Shown piece by piece: positions 37,682-48,698 of a DNA stretch of 64,000 nt. The position numbers were made by a program, and so were the translations under genes. Each line of letters starts with the position of its first letter. Positions within the stretch are counted from its first letter, which is position 1. The DNA is from an uncultured Actinomycetes bacterium (GTDB taxonomy: Bacteria; Actinomycetota; Thermoleophilia; UBA2241), in the NCBI GenBank assembly GCA_963709345.1, contig CAVPVX010000007.1, forward strand, positions 480,001-544,000. The letters run 5' to 3'. The notes under the pieces were generated by a model. The model saw nothing but the letters and a program-made list of their open reading frames with translations. It made no database searches and was not told the DNA's origin.

Positions 37682-40299
37682 GGAAGATTCACCTCTGGCG
37701 CGTCGTTCGTATCCATGGGAAGCGTCAGCGTGAACACGCTGCCCCTGCCCCATTCACTTTCCGCGGTCACCGCTCCGCCGAGCAGCTCGGCCAGGCGGCG
37801 ACAGATCGCCAGGCCGAGTCCAGTCCCTTCGTGCTGCCGCGCGAGCCCCGTGTCGACCTGCCGGAAGGGCTGGAACAGCTCGGCCAAGTCCTCCGGCCTG
37901 ATACCGATGCCGGTGTCGGTGACGGAGATACGGATCGTCGCGTGTGGGGCGTCCATTCCAGGCGGCGTGATCTCCGCCCCGACCGTGACCGCGCCTTCGT
38001 CCGTGAACTTGATCGCGTTGTTGAGGAGATTGATCAGCACCTGCTCGACGCGTCGCGGGTCACTGACCAGCGTGCCGATCCCCGAAGCGAGCATCGTGCC
38101 CAGCACGAGTTGCTTCTTCTCGGCCAACGGCCGCACGAGGCCGACGGCGTTCTCGATCGAGACTCTCAGATCGAACGGCTCGCTGCCGACGGTCATCTGC
38201 CCGGCCTCGATCTTGGAGATGTCGAGCACATCGTTGATCAGCGCCAGGAGGTGCCGCGAGCTGTCGCGGACCATCTCGAGCTGCTTGCGCTGCTCCGCGC
38301 CCAACGGACCGGCCATCTCCTGGAGCAGGATGCCGGTGAAGCCGATGATCGAGTTGAGGGGCGTGCGCAGTTCGTGCGACATGGTAGCCAGGAAGGCGGA
38401 CTTCAGGCGGTCGGCCGCCTCCGCCCGGTCTCTGGCCACCGCCAGCTCGGCGGTCCGCAGAGCGACGCGCCGCTCAAGCGTCGTGTTGAGCTCCCGGATC
38501 TCCTTCTCCGCCTGCTTGAGCCTCGTGATGTCCGTGCCGACGCTCAGGATCTCGGCCACCTCGCCCTCCGCGTCAAGCACGGTCTTGTTGGTCCACGCGA
38601 TCCAGACTCGCTCCCCGCTGCGGAGCATGTTCTCGTTCACGCTCTGTTCGAAGGCGACAGGGTCGGCCAAGATCCTCTCCATAAGGTCACCAAGGTCACG
38701 TCCGTAGGTGTCACTCATGGGGACGATGGTACCCATGACCGGACGGCCCTCGATCTCTTCTGCGCCGTAGCCGAAGAACCGCTGTCCGAACTCGTTGAGG
38801 AAGGTGATCCGCCCGTCGCGCGTCCAGCGCAGGATGATGCTGTTGGCGTGTTCCACGAGCTCGCGGTACTTCCGCTCGTTGTCGAACAACGCCATCTCGA
38901 CGCGCCGTTGCTCGGTCACATCGCGCAGGACCTCGATGGCGCCGGAACGCCGCCCGTCCCCGTCGAAGAGCGGCGCCGCTGCACACCAGAGACGAGCGCC
39001 CTCGCCACCCCGCAGCTCAGGATTCCAGGCCTCGCCAGTGATGGTGTCCCCAGCCCGCTCGACATGGTCGTACCCGGCGCCCAGCTCCGCCGCCGGCGCG
39101 TCCAACAGGTCGATGAGGACAGGCCGCCGCTCACCGTAGAACGGCACGGCATACGCGAAGTCGTCGCGGCCCATGACGGCATCCTTCTTCACGCCGGTCA
39201 TCGTCTCGCAGGCCCGGTTCCACGCCACGACCCGTTTGGCCTCGTCAATGACGATGGTGGCATCCGGCAGGAACTCGATGATGTTCTCGAGCTGCTGATG
39301 CGCGACGCTCAGAGCCTCATTGGCCTCGGTGAGATGCCTCGTCTGGGCCTTCACCTGCCGGCGCGAGAGCACGACCCCAACGGTCGTGGCAAAGAGGAGC
39401 ACGGCGATGATGCCCAGCGTCCAGGTCAGCCACCGCGACACACGATATTCCGTGGACGTCGTGCTCGGCTGTTCGAGCCAGCGCGTCAGCGCCGCGTAGT
39501 ACGGCGAATCGGGCTGGTCCTTCCATGCCCGCAGGTGACGGTCGATGGCCGTGAGGAGATCCTCATGCTGGCCCTTGCCCGTGGCGAAGTAGAGGCTGGT
39601 GAGATTGAAGACGACATCGGACCTCGTCAGCCCATAGCTCCGGTAGAAGTGATCGCCGAAGAACCGGTTGGCGATGGCCGCGTCCACGGAGCCGTCGCGC
39701 GTCATCTCGAAGGCGCGCTGGTACGACTCCACAGGGACGAGCGTGACTCGGATGCCCAGGCCGCTGACGATCTGCGCGAACTCTTCCTGCTGCACGGACC
39801 CGTCGAGCACCGCCACGCGCTTGCCGTGCAGCGACTGGAATCCGCCCAAGGGAAGGTCGCGATCGACGTAGAGCTGCGACCAGCTCTCGATCACCGGCGT
39901 CTTGTTGAAGTCGAGGACGGCGGTGCGCTCCTCCGTGATGGCGACGTCCGGCATGAGGTCGAGTCGCCCGTTCTCGAGCGCCTCGAGGCCAGCCTCCCAC
40001 TCGGCCGGCACCCAGACGACCCGCCAGCCCTCCGCCCGGCCGATCGCGTCGAACAGGTCGACAAAGAAGCCGGCGGGCCGGCCGGCGGCATCGGTGAACA
40101 CCTTCGGTTCGTTCTGATACAGGCCGATGCGGACCGTTCGCGAGGGCGCGGCCGGTGACGACGCAGCTGGTGTGCTCGACGACGAACTCGCCGCGGATGC
40201 TACCGCGGGCGCACTCTCCCCGGCGTCGGCGCGCTGACCCGCAACGCCGAGCGTCGCGCAGCCCAAGGCGAGCAGCGCGACGAGGATCAGCGAACGCAT
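37678..40299 (-). CDS. Histidine kinase with extracellular solute-binding (SBP_bac_3-like) domain and two PAS domains
   Basis: Signal peptide, IGLYQNEPK..GFFVD..LDLMPDVAITEER, TM, PAS x2, FLATMSHELRTPL, NAIKFT, GTGLGLA. Confidence 0.9.
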   Translation of the reverse strand: MRSLILVALLALGCATLGVAGQRADAGESAPAVASAASSSSSTPAASSPAAPSRTVRIGLYQNEPKVFTDAAGRPAGFFVDLFDAIGRAEGWRVVWVPAEWEAGLEALENGRLDLMPDVAITEERTAVLDFNKTPVIESWSQLYVDRDLPLGGFQSLHGKRVAVLDGSVQQEEFAQIVSGLGIRVTLVPVESYQRAFEMTRDGSVDAAIANRFFGDHFYRSYGLTRSDVVFNLTSLYFATGKGQHEDLLTAIDRHLRAWKDQPDSPYYAALTRWLEQPSTTSTEYRVSRWLTWTLGIIAVLLFATTVGVVLSRRQVKAQTRHLTEANEALSVAHQQLENIIEFLPDATIVIDEAKRVVAWNRACETMTGVKKDAVMGRDDFAYAVPFYGERRPVLIDLLDAPAAELGAGYDHVERAGDTITGEAWNPELRGGEGARLWCAAAPLFDGDGRRSGAIEVLRDVTEQRRVEMALFDNERKYRELVEHANSIILRWTRDGRITFLNEFGQRFFGYGAEEIEGRPVMGTIVPMSDTYGRDLGDLMERILADPVAFEQSVNENMLRSGERVWIAWTNKTVLDAEGEVAEILSVGTDITRLKQAEKEIRELNTTLERRVALRTAELAVARDRAEAADRLKSAFLATMSHELRTPLNSIIGFTGILLQEMAGPLGAEQRKQLEMVRDSSRHLLALINDVLDISKIEAGQMTVGSEPFDLRVSIENAVGLVRPLAEKKQLVLGTMLASGIGTLVSDPRRVEQVLINLLNNAIKFTDEGAVTVGAEITPPGMDAPHATIRISVTDTGIGIRPEDLAELFQPFRQVDTGLARQHEGTGLGLAICRRLAELLGGAVTAESEWGRGSVFTLTLPMDTNDAPEVNLP

Positions 40300-40616
40300 G
40301 ATGCGCCGGGTTGCCGCAGGGGACCGTGGAACCGTTGGACGGGCATCCGTCCGCGCCCCCTTCCAAGGCGGAACGATTGGCCTGCGCAAACCGCGCACTT
40401 CCTGCTCAGGCGACCACACCCTCAGACCATTGCTCTACAGCATCTACCCCCGAGAGCGCCGAGACAACGTTGGACCTTAGATCGCCAGGGAGGCGACACG
40501 CCGTGCCCAGGCGACGAACGGCCGCCGCCAGTGTCGCCATGTAGCACAAGGCGTACCTTGATGCTCATGCCGTGACGGCCGCGCGTCTCGCCCGGCCGCG
40601 GGTGCCGAAGGGGGGC

Positions 40617-42218
40617 ATGATGAAGCGCCGCGGTTTGACCGTCCTGTACATGCTGACCGCCCTCGCCCTGTGGACGACGGCCTTCGCCGTCGAGGCGCAC
40701 GCCGCGACCGGCTCCATCTCCGGGACGGTGACCGACGCCGTGACTCATGCGGGAGTAGCGGACATCCAGATGTACGCGTCTCTCGTGGACCAAGACGGTC
40801 AGCCCACGGGCGACGCCGTCACTGCGGCAGACGGCGCCTACGTCATGAGTGGGCTGGCGCCGGGAGACTACATCGACTGGTTCAACGACCAGGACGGCGA
40901 CACGAACGGCGCCTACGCCGACGAGTAGTACGACGACAACGCATCGCAGGACTTCAGCGACCCAATCGTCGTTGACGACGGCGCATCGGTGACCGGCATC
41001 GACGCCGCCCTCTCGGGCTGCGGCACGATCTACGGCTGGGTCGAGGGCGACGGCTCACACCGCCTGAACGCCTGGGCGCAGGCATACTGCTGGACCCCGG
41101 CCAAGCAGGCGTGGGAGCAGTATCCGCTCGAGTTCCAGGACGTCGACCCAGTCGGCGGCGAGTACGTGCTCGAGCGCGTGCGTGCTGGCCAGTGGGCCCT
41201 CCGCTTCAGTGACCACGGTGACGACGCTGGGACGTACGCGGTCGAATACCACCCGGACGCCCATTTCGTCTGGGACGCACAGACGGTGCTCGTCACGCCG
41301 GGCTCATCAGTCTTCGTGAAGGGAGACCTCGATCTTGGCGCCGCGATCAGCGGTCACGTCTACGATAGCGCCGGGGGCCCGCTCGAGGGAGGAATGGTCG
41401 TCTGGTATGACTGGGACCCGGACGCGCAGGAGTGGATCCGGGGCGGAGAGACGCCCGTCTTCGAGGAAGGCCGCTGGGGCATGGACGGCTTCGACACGTG
41501 GACCTACCGCTTCCAGTTCTACCCGCCGGAAGGGCCGCTGCTGGCCGACGAGTACTGGGACAACTCGGCCGGGCTCGCCGGAGGCAGCAGCATCACGTTC
41601 GGCGTCGGCCAGATCCTAGAGGGCTACGACGCGTGGCTGGGCACAGACGAGTCCGTAGCGCCGGTCACGAGCCTCGTCGGCTTGCCGGCGTCGGGCTGGT
41701 CGCGACTCCCGCTCACCCTCACCTTGACGGCGAGCGACGCCGACTCGGGAGTCGAGGTCACCCGGTACCGTCTCGACGGCGGTTCCTGGATGGAGGGCAC
41801 GTCGATCGACGTGCCGGCGCCGTCAACGCACGCGAGCGACGGCCTGCACACGATCGACTATCGTTCCGCCGACCACCGGGGCAACTGGGAGCAGTCACGC
41901 ACGAGCGAGGTGCAGATCGACACGCTGGGGCCCACGACCAGCGCGCTCGGCGGCGTCAGCGTCAGGAAGGGCGCACGGGAGAGCTTCCGGTACAAGGTGA
42001 GCGACCGCTCACCCTCCGCCACCCTCGCCATCGCGATCTACCGTGGCGCCAAGCCGGTGAAGACACTCAGGCTCGGCGCCAAGGCGACCGGGCGCGCCCT
42101 GACCCACCGCTGGCGGTGTACGCTCGCGCGGGGTCGGCACACGTGGAAGTTCCAAGCCACGGACAAGGCCGTCAACCCGCAATCCAAGATGGGCTCCCGA
42201 GCGCTGGTCGTGAACTGA
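40617..42218 (+). CDS. Secreted protein with carboxypeptidase-regulatory-like repeats and C-terminal Ig-like domains; in-frame TAG at 40926-40928
   Basis: Signal peptide ending AHA, repeated GxIsGxV...Y...EY/W units, APVT..LTASD..SGV..T.YRLDG; ORFs 40572-40928 and 40989-42218 share one frame. Confidence 0.75.
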
Positions 42219-42420
42219 CGGTGCTCGGCGCCGTCGCCCTCCGTCACGGTGCCGCGGCTCGGCGCGCAGGTACAGCATCGCCGGCGCCAGAAGCCTTGCT
42301 TCTCCAGCGGGAAGCAGCGGCATCCGCGCCGTAACCCACGGGCAAGACATCCGCGAGGGATGCCGCGCGACTGCATCTGGGTCCGCGGGGGCAGGCGAGC
42401 GAACTCCGAGGAGGCGCGTG

Positions 42421-42678
42421 ATGACACAGGTCTCAGGATCACAGCAGTCGAGCGGCGGCAACGGCTTTCTGATCGGCGGTGGCATCCTGCTTGTGCTTCT
42501 GCTGGTCTTCATCTTCCAGAACACGGCGGACACCACGTTCAAGTACCTGTTCTGGGAGTTCACGCTGCCGCTCTGGCTCGGATTGCTGATCACCGCCGTC
42601 GTGGCGTTCGTGGTCGGGCAGTTCGCGCTGATGTGGCGGCGCCACAAGCGTCGCCAGGCGCGGCGCGCCTCGAGGTAG
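42421..42678 (+). CDS. LapA-like small membrane protein (paralog of 2843-3136)
   Basis: FIFQNT..YLFWEFTLPLWL, two TMs, basic tail; GAGGAGG RBS. Confidence 0.8.
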   Translation: MTQVSGSQQSSGGNGFLIGGGILLVLLLVFIFQNTADTTFKYLFWEFTLPLWLGLLITAVVAFVVGQFALMWRRHKRRQARRASR

Positions 42679-42782
42679 TCCGGCGGCAGGCGCCCCGCCT
42701 GCAGACAGCGGACGGCGCGGAGCGCCGGCGTTTGCCGGTGGTGCCATCCGCTCAGAGATAATCCCAACCTTTGGAGTCGGGT

Positions 42783-44312
42783 ATGACCACAGCGCCGCTC
42801 ACCCTCACCCCCAAGACCACGGTCCACACTCTGCTCAAGGAGTACCCGTTCCTGCTGGACTTCCTGGCGGAGTACCACCCGGAGTTCAAGAAGCTGACCA
42901 ACCCGGTACTGCGCCGAACCGTGGGCCGCATGGCGCCGCTGGACACGGTGGCGGAGCAGGGCAACGTACCCCTCAACCGGCTCACCGACGACATCGCGAC
43001 GGAGATCGAGAAGCAGACCGGCACGCGGCCGCCGATCGCCGACGTCGCCGACGCGAAGACCATCGACCCCGCCCGCCTCCAGGCGCTGCACGACATCGTC
43101 AAGGACCTGCACGCCGGCAAGACGGTCGAGGAGGTCAAGCCGGCCGTCGAGGAACTCATCGCCGACGTCGAGGCCACCGAGATCGCCGCCATGGAGCAGA
43201 AGCTCATCGAGGGCGGCGTGCCCGACAGCAAGGTCAAGCGCCTCTGCGACGTGCACGTGCAGGTGTTCGCCGACGCACTGGAGGGCCACGAGGCGGTCAC
43301 CGCGCCGGCCGGTCACCCGCTGGACACCTTTCAGCGCGAGAACCAGGCGCTGCTGCAGGTCACGGCGTCACTGCGCAAGGTCGCCGAGGCGATCGGCTAG
43401 CCGCCGGACGGCGCCACTTGGGCGCGCCTCAAGAGCGCGCTGGGCGACACCGTGGAGCGGCTCTCCAACGTCGACAAGCACTACCTGCGCAAGGAGAACC
43501 AGCTCTTCCCCTTCCTCGAGGACCATGGGGTGGAGGGCCCCAGCAGCGTGATGTGGGCGATCCACGACGACATTCGCGCGCTCGTCAAGCAGGCGCGGCA
43601 GACGATCGCCGACGACGACGCCGGACTCGCCGTGAGCACCTGCCTCGCACTCGCCAAGATGGCCGACGACATGGTGACCAAAGAGGAGCAGGTCCTGCAC
43701 CCGATGGCGATCGGCACGCTGGCCGACGCGGAGTGGGCGCAGATCCGCGCCGGCGAAGGCGACATCGGCTACGCCTTCATCGACGGCGTGCCCGAGTGGC
43801 ACGGCCGCGGCGGGCGCGGCCGCGGCGGGCGGCGCGGCCGCGGCGAGTCTGCCGGGCGCGGGAGAGGCCGCCGAAGCGGTGGCGGGCCAGGCCGGGGCGG
43901 CTGCGCCCGGCGGCCTTCCCGCCCTCAGCACCGGCAGCCTCAGCCTGGAGGAGCTCAACCTCGTGCTCGGCGTCCTCCCCATCGACTTCCAGTACGTCGA
44001 CGAGCACGACCGCGTGCGCTTCTACAGCGAGGGCCACCGGATCTTCCCGCGCAGCCCCGGGGTGATCGGCCGCAAGGTGCAGAACTGCCACCCGCCGCGA
44101 GCGTGCACAAGGTGCAGCAGCTCATCGACGCCTTCCTCGCCGGTGAGCAGAGCACCGCCGAGTTCTGGATCGAGGTCGGCGGTACGTTCCTGCACATCCG
44201 CCACTTCGCCGTGCGCGACGACGCCGGCGCCTACCGGGGCGTCGTCGAGACGGTGCAAGACGTCACGGCCATCCGTGCGCTCGAGGGCCAGCGCCGGCTG
44301 CTCGACTGGTAG
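42783..44312 (+). CDS. DUF438 family protein (DUF1858-like N-terminus, DUF438, hemerythrin-like, PAS_10); in-frame TAG at 43398-43400 and frameshifts near 43800-43870 and 44097
   Basis: EIAAMEQKLI, RLCDVH, GHPLDTF, HYLRKENQLFP, VMWAIHDDIR, KEE, IGRKVQNCHPP, LEGQRRLLDW. Confidence 0.85.
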
Positions 44313-44351
44313 CCGCCGCGGCGTCCGGCGCCGCAGCCCGAGCCGGCCGCC

Positions 44352-46040
<1,689 letters not shown>

Positions 46041-46226
46041 GTCGCTGTTCAGAGTCCCCCGCCTTCTCGCAGATGCGCCTCGTCAAAGACCATTCCCCTT
46101 GCGTTCGCGCCGAAGCCGTTGAGACCTGCGAACCGCCCGCCGGCGCCCCGCCCGAGTCGCCGCCGAAGTCGCCCGATGCGATACGATGGAGACCGGCAGG
46201 CAGCTACAACGAGAGGCGGTTCGCCC

Positions 46227-46621
46227 ATGTTCTGGCAACGCGGCAGTCTCACCCCCGAGCTGGCGGACCTGGTGTTTCGCTTCCTCCCCGTCGACGTCAG
46301 CGTCGCCGACGAACACGACGTGCTGGTGTACTGGAAGGGCGACACCTACCAGGACCTGCGACGCGCGCTACATCGGCCGCGACGTGCGCGACTGCCACCC
46401 CGAGCACACGCTCGAGTGCCTGGAGGAGATCCTGCGCGCCTTCAAGATCCGGAGCCAAGGACGTAGCGGAGGGCTGGGAGCAGCAGGGTGAGCGCATGAA
46501 GCGCACGCGGTACATCGCCCTGCGCGACGACTCCGGCGCCTACAAGGGCATCCTCGAAGTCAACGAAGACGTGACCGGCGCACGCGCCCTGCAGGGCCGC
46601 CAGAGCCTGCCCGGCTGGTGA
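46227..46621 (+). CDS. Stand-alone PAS_10 domain protein (two frameshifts around 46350-46450)
   Basis: Reconstructed LPVDVSVADEHD..IGRDVRDCHP..AFKSGAKD..ALRDDSGAYKGILEVNEDVT..LPGW aligns by eye with the DUF438 C-terminal PAS. Confidence 0.75.
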
Positions 46622-46654
46622 CGCGGCGGTCGCCGCAAAGGAGATGACGACACG

Positions 46655-46777
46655 ATGACCACAATGGTCGCGGTGAGCGGCATCAGCGCCTGGGTCCTGC
46701 TGATCGGCGCCGCCATCGGCGGTCTCGCGTTCGGCATGTGGCTGAACGCGAGGTTCGCGGGGCGCCGCCGAAAGTAG
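46655..46777 (+). CDS. 40-aa single-pass membrane peptide
   Basis: MTTMVAVSGISAWVLLIGAAIGGLAFGMWLNARFAGRRRK*, AAAGGAG upstream, GC-rich third codon positions; below the ORF track cutoff. Confidence 0.6.
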   Translation: MTTMVAVSGISAWVLLIGAAIGGLAFGMWLNARFAGRRRK

Positions 46778-46823
46778 CCCGCCGGCGCGGCCGGACGGCG
46801 GCGCCCGGCGCCCGACCCTCGCC

Positions 46824-48563
46824 TCAGCGGCGCCGCACGAACGTGCCGTCGCGCCCGTCGAAGGTCAGCAGCGCCAGCCGCAGCCTCGTCGCCCGTCCGT
46901 CGCGCACCGTGAACACCGCCGTCGTACTCGATCCCACCTCTCGCCAGGTGTCCCCGTCCCACGGCACGTAGCGCAACGTCAGGCCACGCCCAAGGCGCAC
47001 GCGCAGTCCATCGCCCAGCCCCTTGCCGACGGTCACGTCCCCATAGTACCGGTCGCGATACACGCCCTCGTACGCGGACCGCTGCCGCGGGGCTGCGGCG
47101 CCGGCCCGAGGCTGCGGCGCCGGCCCGCACGGGCCGGACCCGCGCGGGTCCGCCAGGGCCTGCGCTTCGGCTTCGGCTTCCGTGAGCTCCCTCTCCCGGA
47201 CCAGCCAGTCGTCCCGCGGCGCCCCGGGCCCGTACAGGTCGAGCAGCGTGCGGCTGAGCGCCCGCGCGAGCATGCCTCCCTCGGGCGCCGAGTTGGCGAG
47301 AACGATGATCGCGACGCCGTCCGCCGGCACCAGGCCGAGAAGCGCCGCCGAGCCGCGCTCGAGGTCGCCCTCCGCCTGGGCAACGAGGCGATCGGCGGCG
47401 GCGAACGTCCGCCAGCCCAGCGCGAACGTCTCCGGCCCTGCGTCGCCCGCGGAGACGACCGTGGTCGGAGCGAGCGTCTCTGCCAGAGCGGCGGCGGGCG
47501 CGACGCGCACGCCGCCGAGAGCGCCCCCGTTCAGCAGCATGCGCACGTAGGGCACGAGTTCGGCGACGCTGGCGCCGACGCCGCGGGCCGGCGCGAAGAC
47601 CGCGCCTTCCGCCGGCCGCTGCGGCTGCAGAGACCCGTTCAGGATCCGGTGCGGCGTCGCCCGGTTCGTCGCCGTCATGAACTCCCGGTAGGTGAGCGCC
47701 GTCGCCGTGGCGCCGAGCGGCTCCAGCACCCGCGTGCGCACCAGACGCACCCACGGAAGCCCAGTCGCCTTCTCCGCAGCGACCGCGGCTGCGGTGACGG
47801 CCGTGTCCTGGGGCGTGTGCACGGTGCGGAACCCGGCGGCCGGAGGCAGATACCTCAGCCGGCGCAGGACCTCGGCGCGGCCGTAGCCGAAGTCGAGAAG
47901 CTCGTTGCCGGCGCCCGCCGGCAGCCCGGTGCGCTGGGCCATGAGGTCGCGGAAGGTCGCCTCGCGGCTCGCCCAGGGATCCTGGAGCCGGAACCCCGGC
48001 CAGACGCGCCGCACCGGCTCGTCCCAGCCCACCTCACCCTCACCTGCCAGCGCCGCCAGCATGGTCGCCGTGTACGTCTGTGAGACCGATCCGAGCGGGA
48101 ACAGCGTGTCCTTGTCGACGACCTCGGGTCGGCCTATGGCGCGCAGGCCGAAGCAGCGCACGTACACCGCCCTGTCGCCCGCCACGACGGCGATGACTGC
48201 TCCCGGTACGCCGCTGCGCGCGACCATACCGGTCGCAAGCTGGTCGAACTGCGGGAGCATGAGCCTCACCCGTGCCGCCGCCTCGACGCGGCGGATCGCC
48301 GCCGCCAGAGCCTCCGGATCCCGCGCACCCGTCGGCTGCGGGACCGGCGTCCCATCCGGGGATGGGGAAAGTGACGGGGCGGGGCTCGCCGGTGGAGCAG
48401 AGCTCTTCGCCGGCTCCGGCGAGACGGCGGTGGGCGACGCCGTGGACGCGGCCGAAGGCCGCGCGGACGGCGTCGCCTCCGGGCTCACGCTCACGCCACA
48501 GCCGCCGAGCACGGCCGCGGCAAGAGCCACCACCGACATGACCACCGTCCATCTGTGCGTCAC
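46824..48563 (-). CDS. Class C beta-lactamase/serine hydrolase-like lipoprotein with C-terminal DUF3471-like domain; catalytic motifs degenerate
   Basis: Lipobox LGGC, Pro/Ser linker, VPGAVIAVV, LFPLGSVSQ, RDLMAQRTGL, RVLEPLG, YEGVYRDRYYG; AAGGAGG RBS. Confidence 0.85.
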   Translation of the reverse strand: MTHRWTVVMSVVALAAAVLGGCGVSVSPEATPSARPSAASTASPTAVSPEPAKSSAPPASPAPSLSPSPDGTPVPQPTGARDPEALAAAIRRVEAAARVRLMLPQFDQLATGMVARSGVPGAVIAVVAGDRAVYVRCFGLRAIGRPEVVDKDTLFPLGSVSQTYTATMLAALAGEGEVGWDEPVRRVWPGFRLQDPWASREATFRDLMAQRTGLPAGAGNELLDFGYGRAEVLRRLRYLPPAAGFRTVHTPQDTAVTAAAVAAEKATGLPWVRLVRTRVLEPLGATATALTYREFMTATNRATPHRILNGSLQPQRPAEGAVFAPARGVGASVAELVPYVRMLLNGGALGGVRVAPAAALAETLAPTTVVSAGDAGPETFALGWRTFAAADRLVAQAEGDLERGSAALLGLVPADGVAIIVLANSAPEGGMLARALSRTLLDLYGPGAPRDDWLVRERELTEAEAEAQALADPRGSGPCGPAPQPRAGAAAPRQRSAYEGVYRDRYYGDVTVGKGLGDGLRVRLGRGLTLRYVPWDGDTWREVGSSTTAVFTVRDGRATRLRLALLTFDGRDGTFVRRR

Positions 48564-48698
48564 GCCCGCCTCCTTGTGGCCGCGGCCGGATGCGGCCACC
48601 GGCCTCCCGGACTACTTCGCCGCCACGAACAGCATACCCTCGCCCGCCTCCACGCTGGTATACACTGCCCTGCACGGAGTCCGGGAGACGGAGATCGG

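Noticed and set aside
42317-42400. c-di-GMP-I riboswitch-like segment (GGGCAAGACATCC-GCGA-GGGATG)
   Set aside because: Lacks the GACGCAAAGCC core and a convincing second stem; better explained as a promoter plus hairpin
40926-43400. Genome-wide TAG reassignment
   Set aside because: TAG is the evident stop of metF, hdrB, nrdJ and others in this window; no pyl genes or suppressor tRNA seen here
43800-43870. GC-only repeats GGCCGCGGCGGGC in the DUF438 gene as a slippage switch
   Set aside because: Low-complexity Ala-rich linker where long-read indels are expected; no evidence of programmed variation
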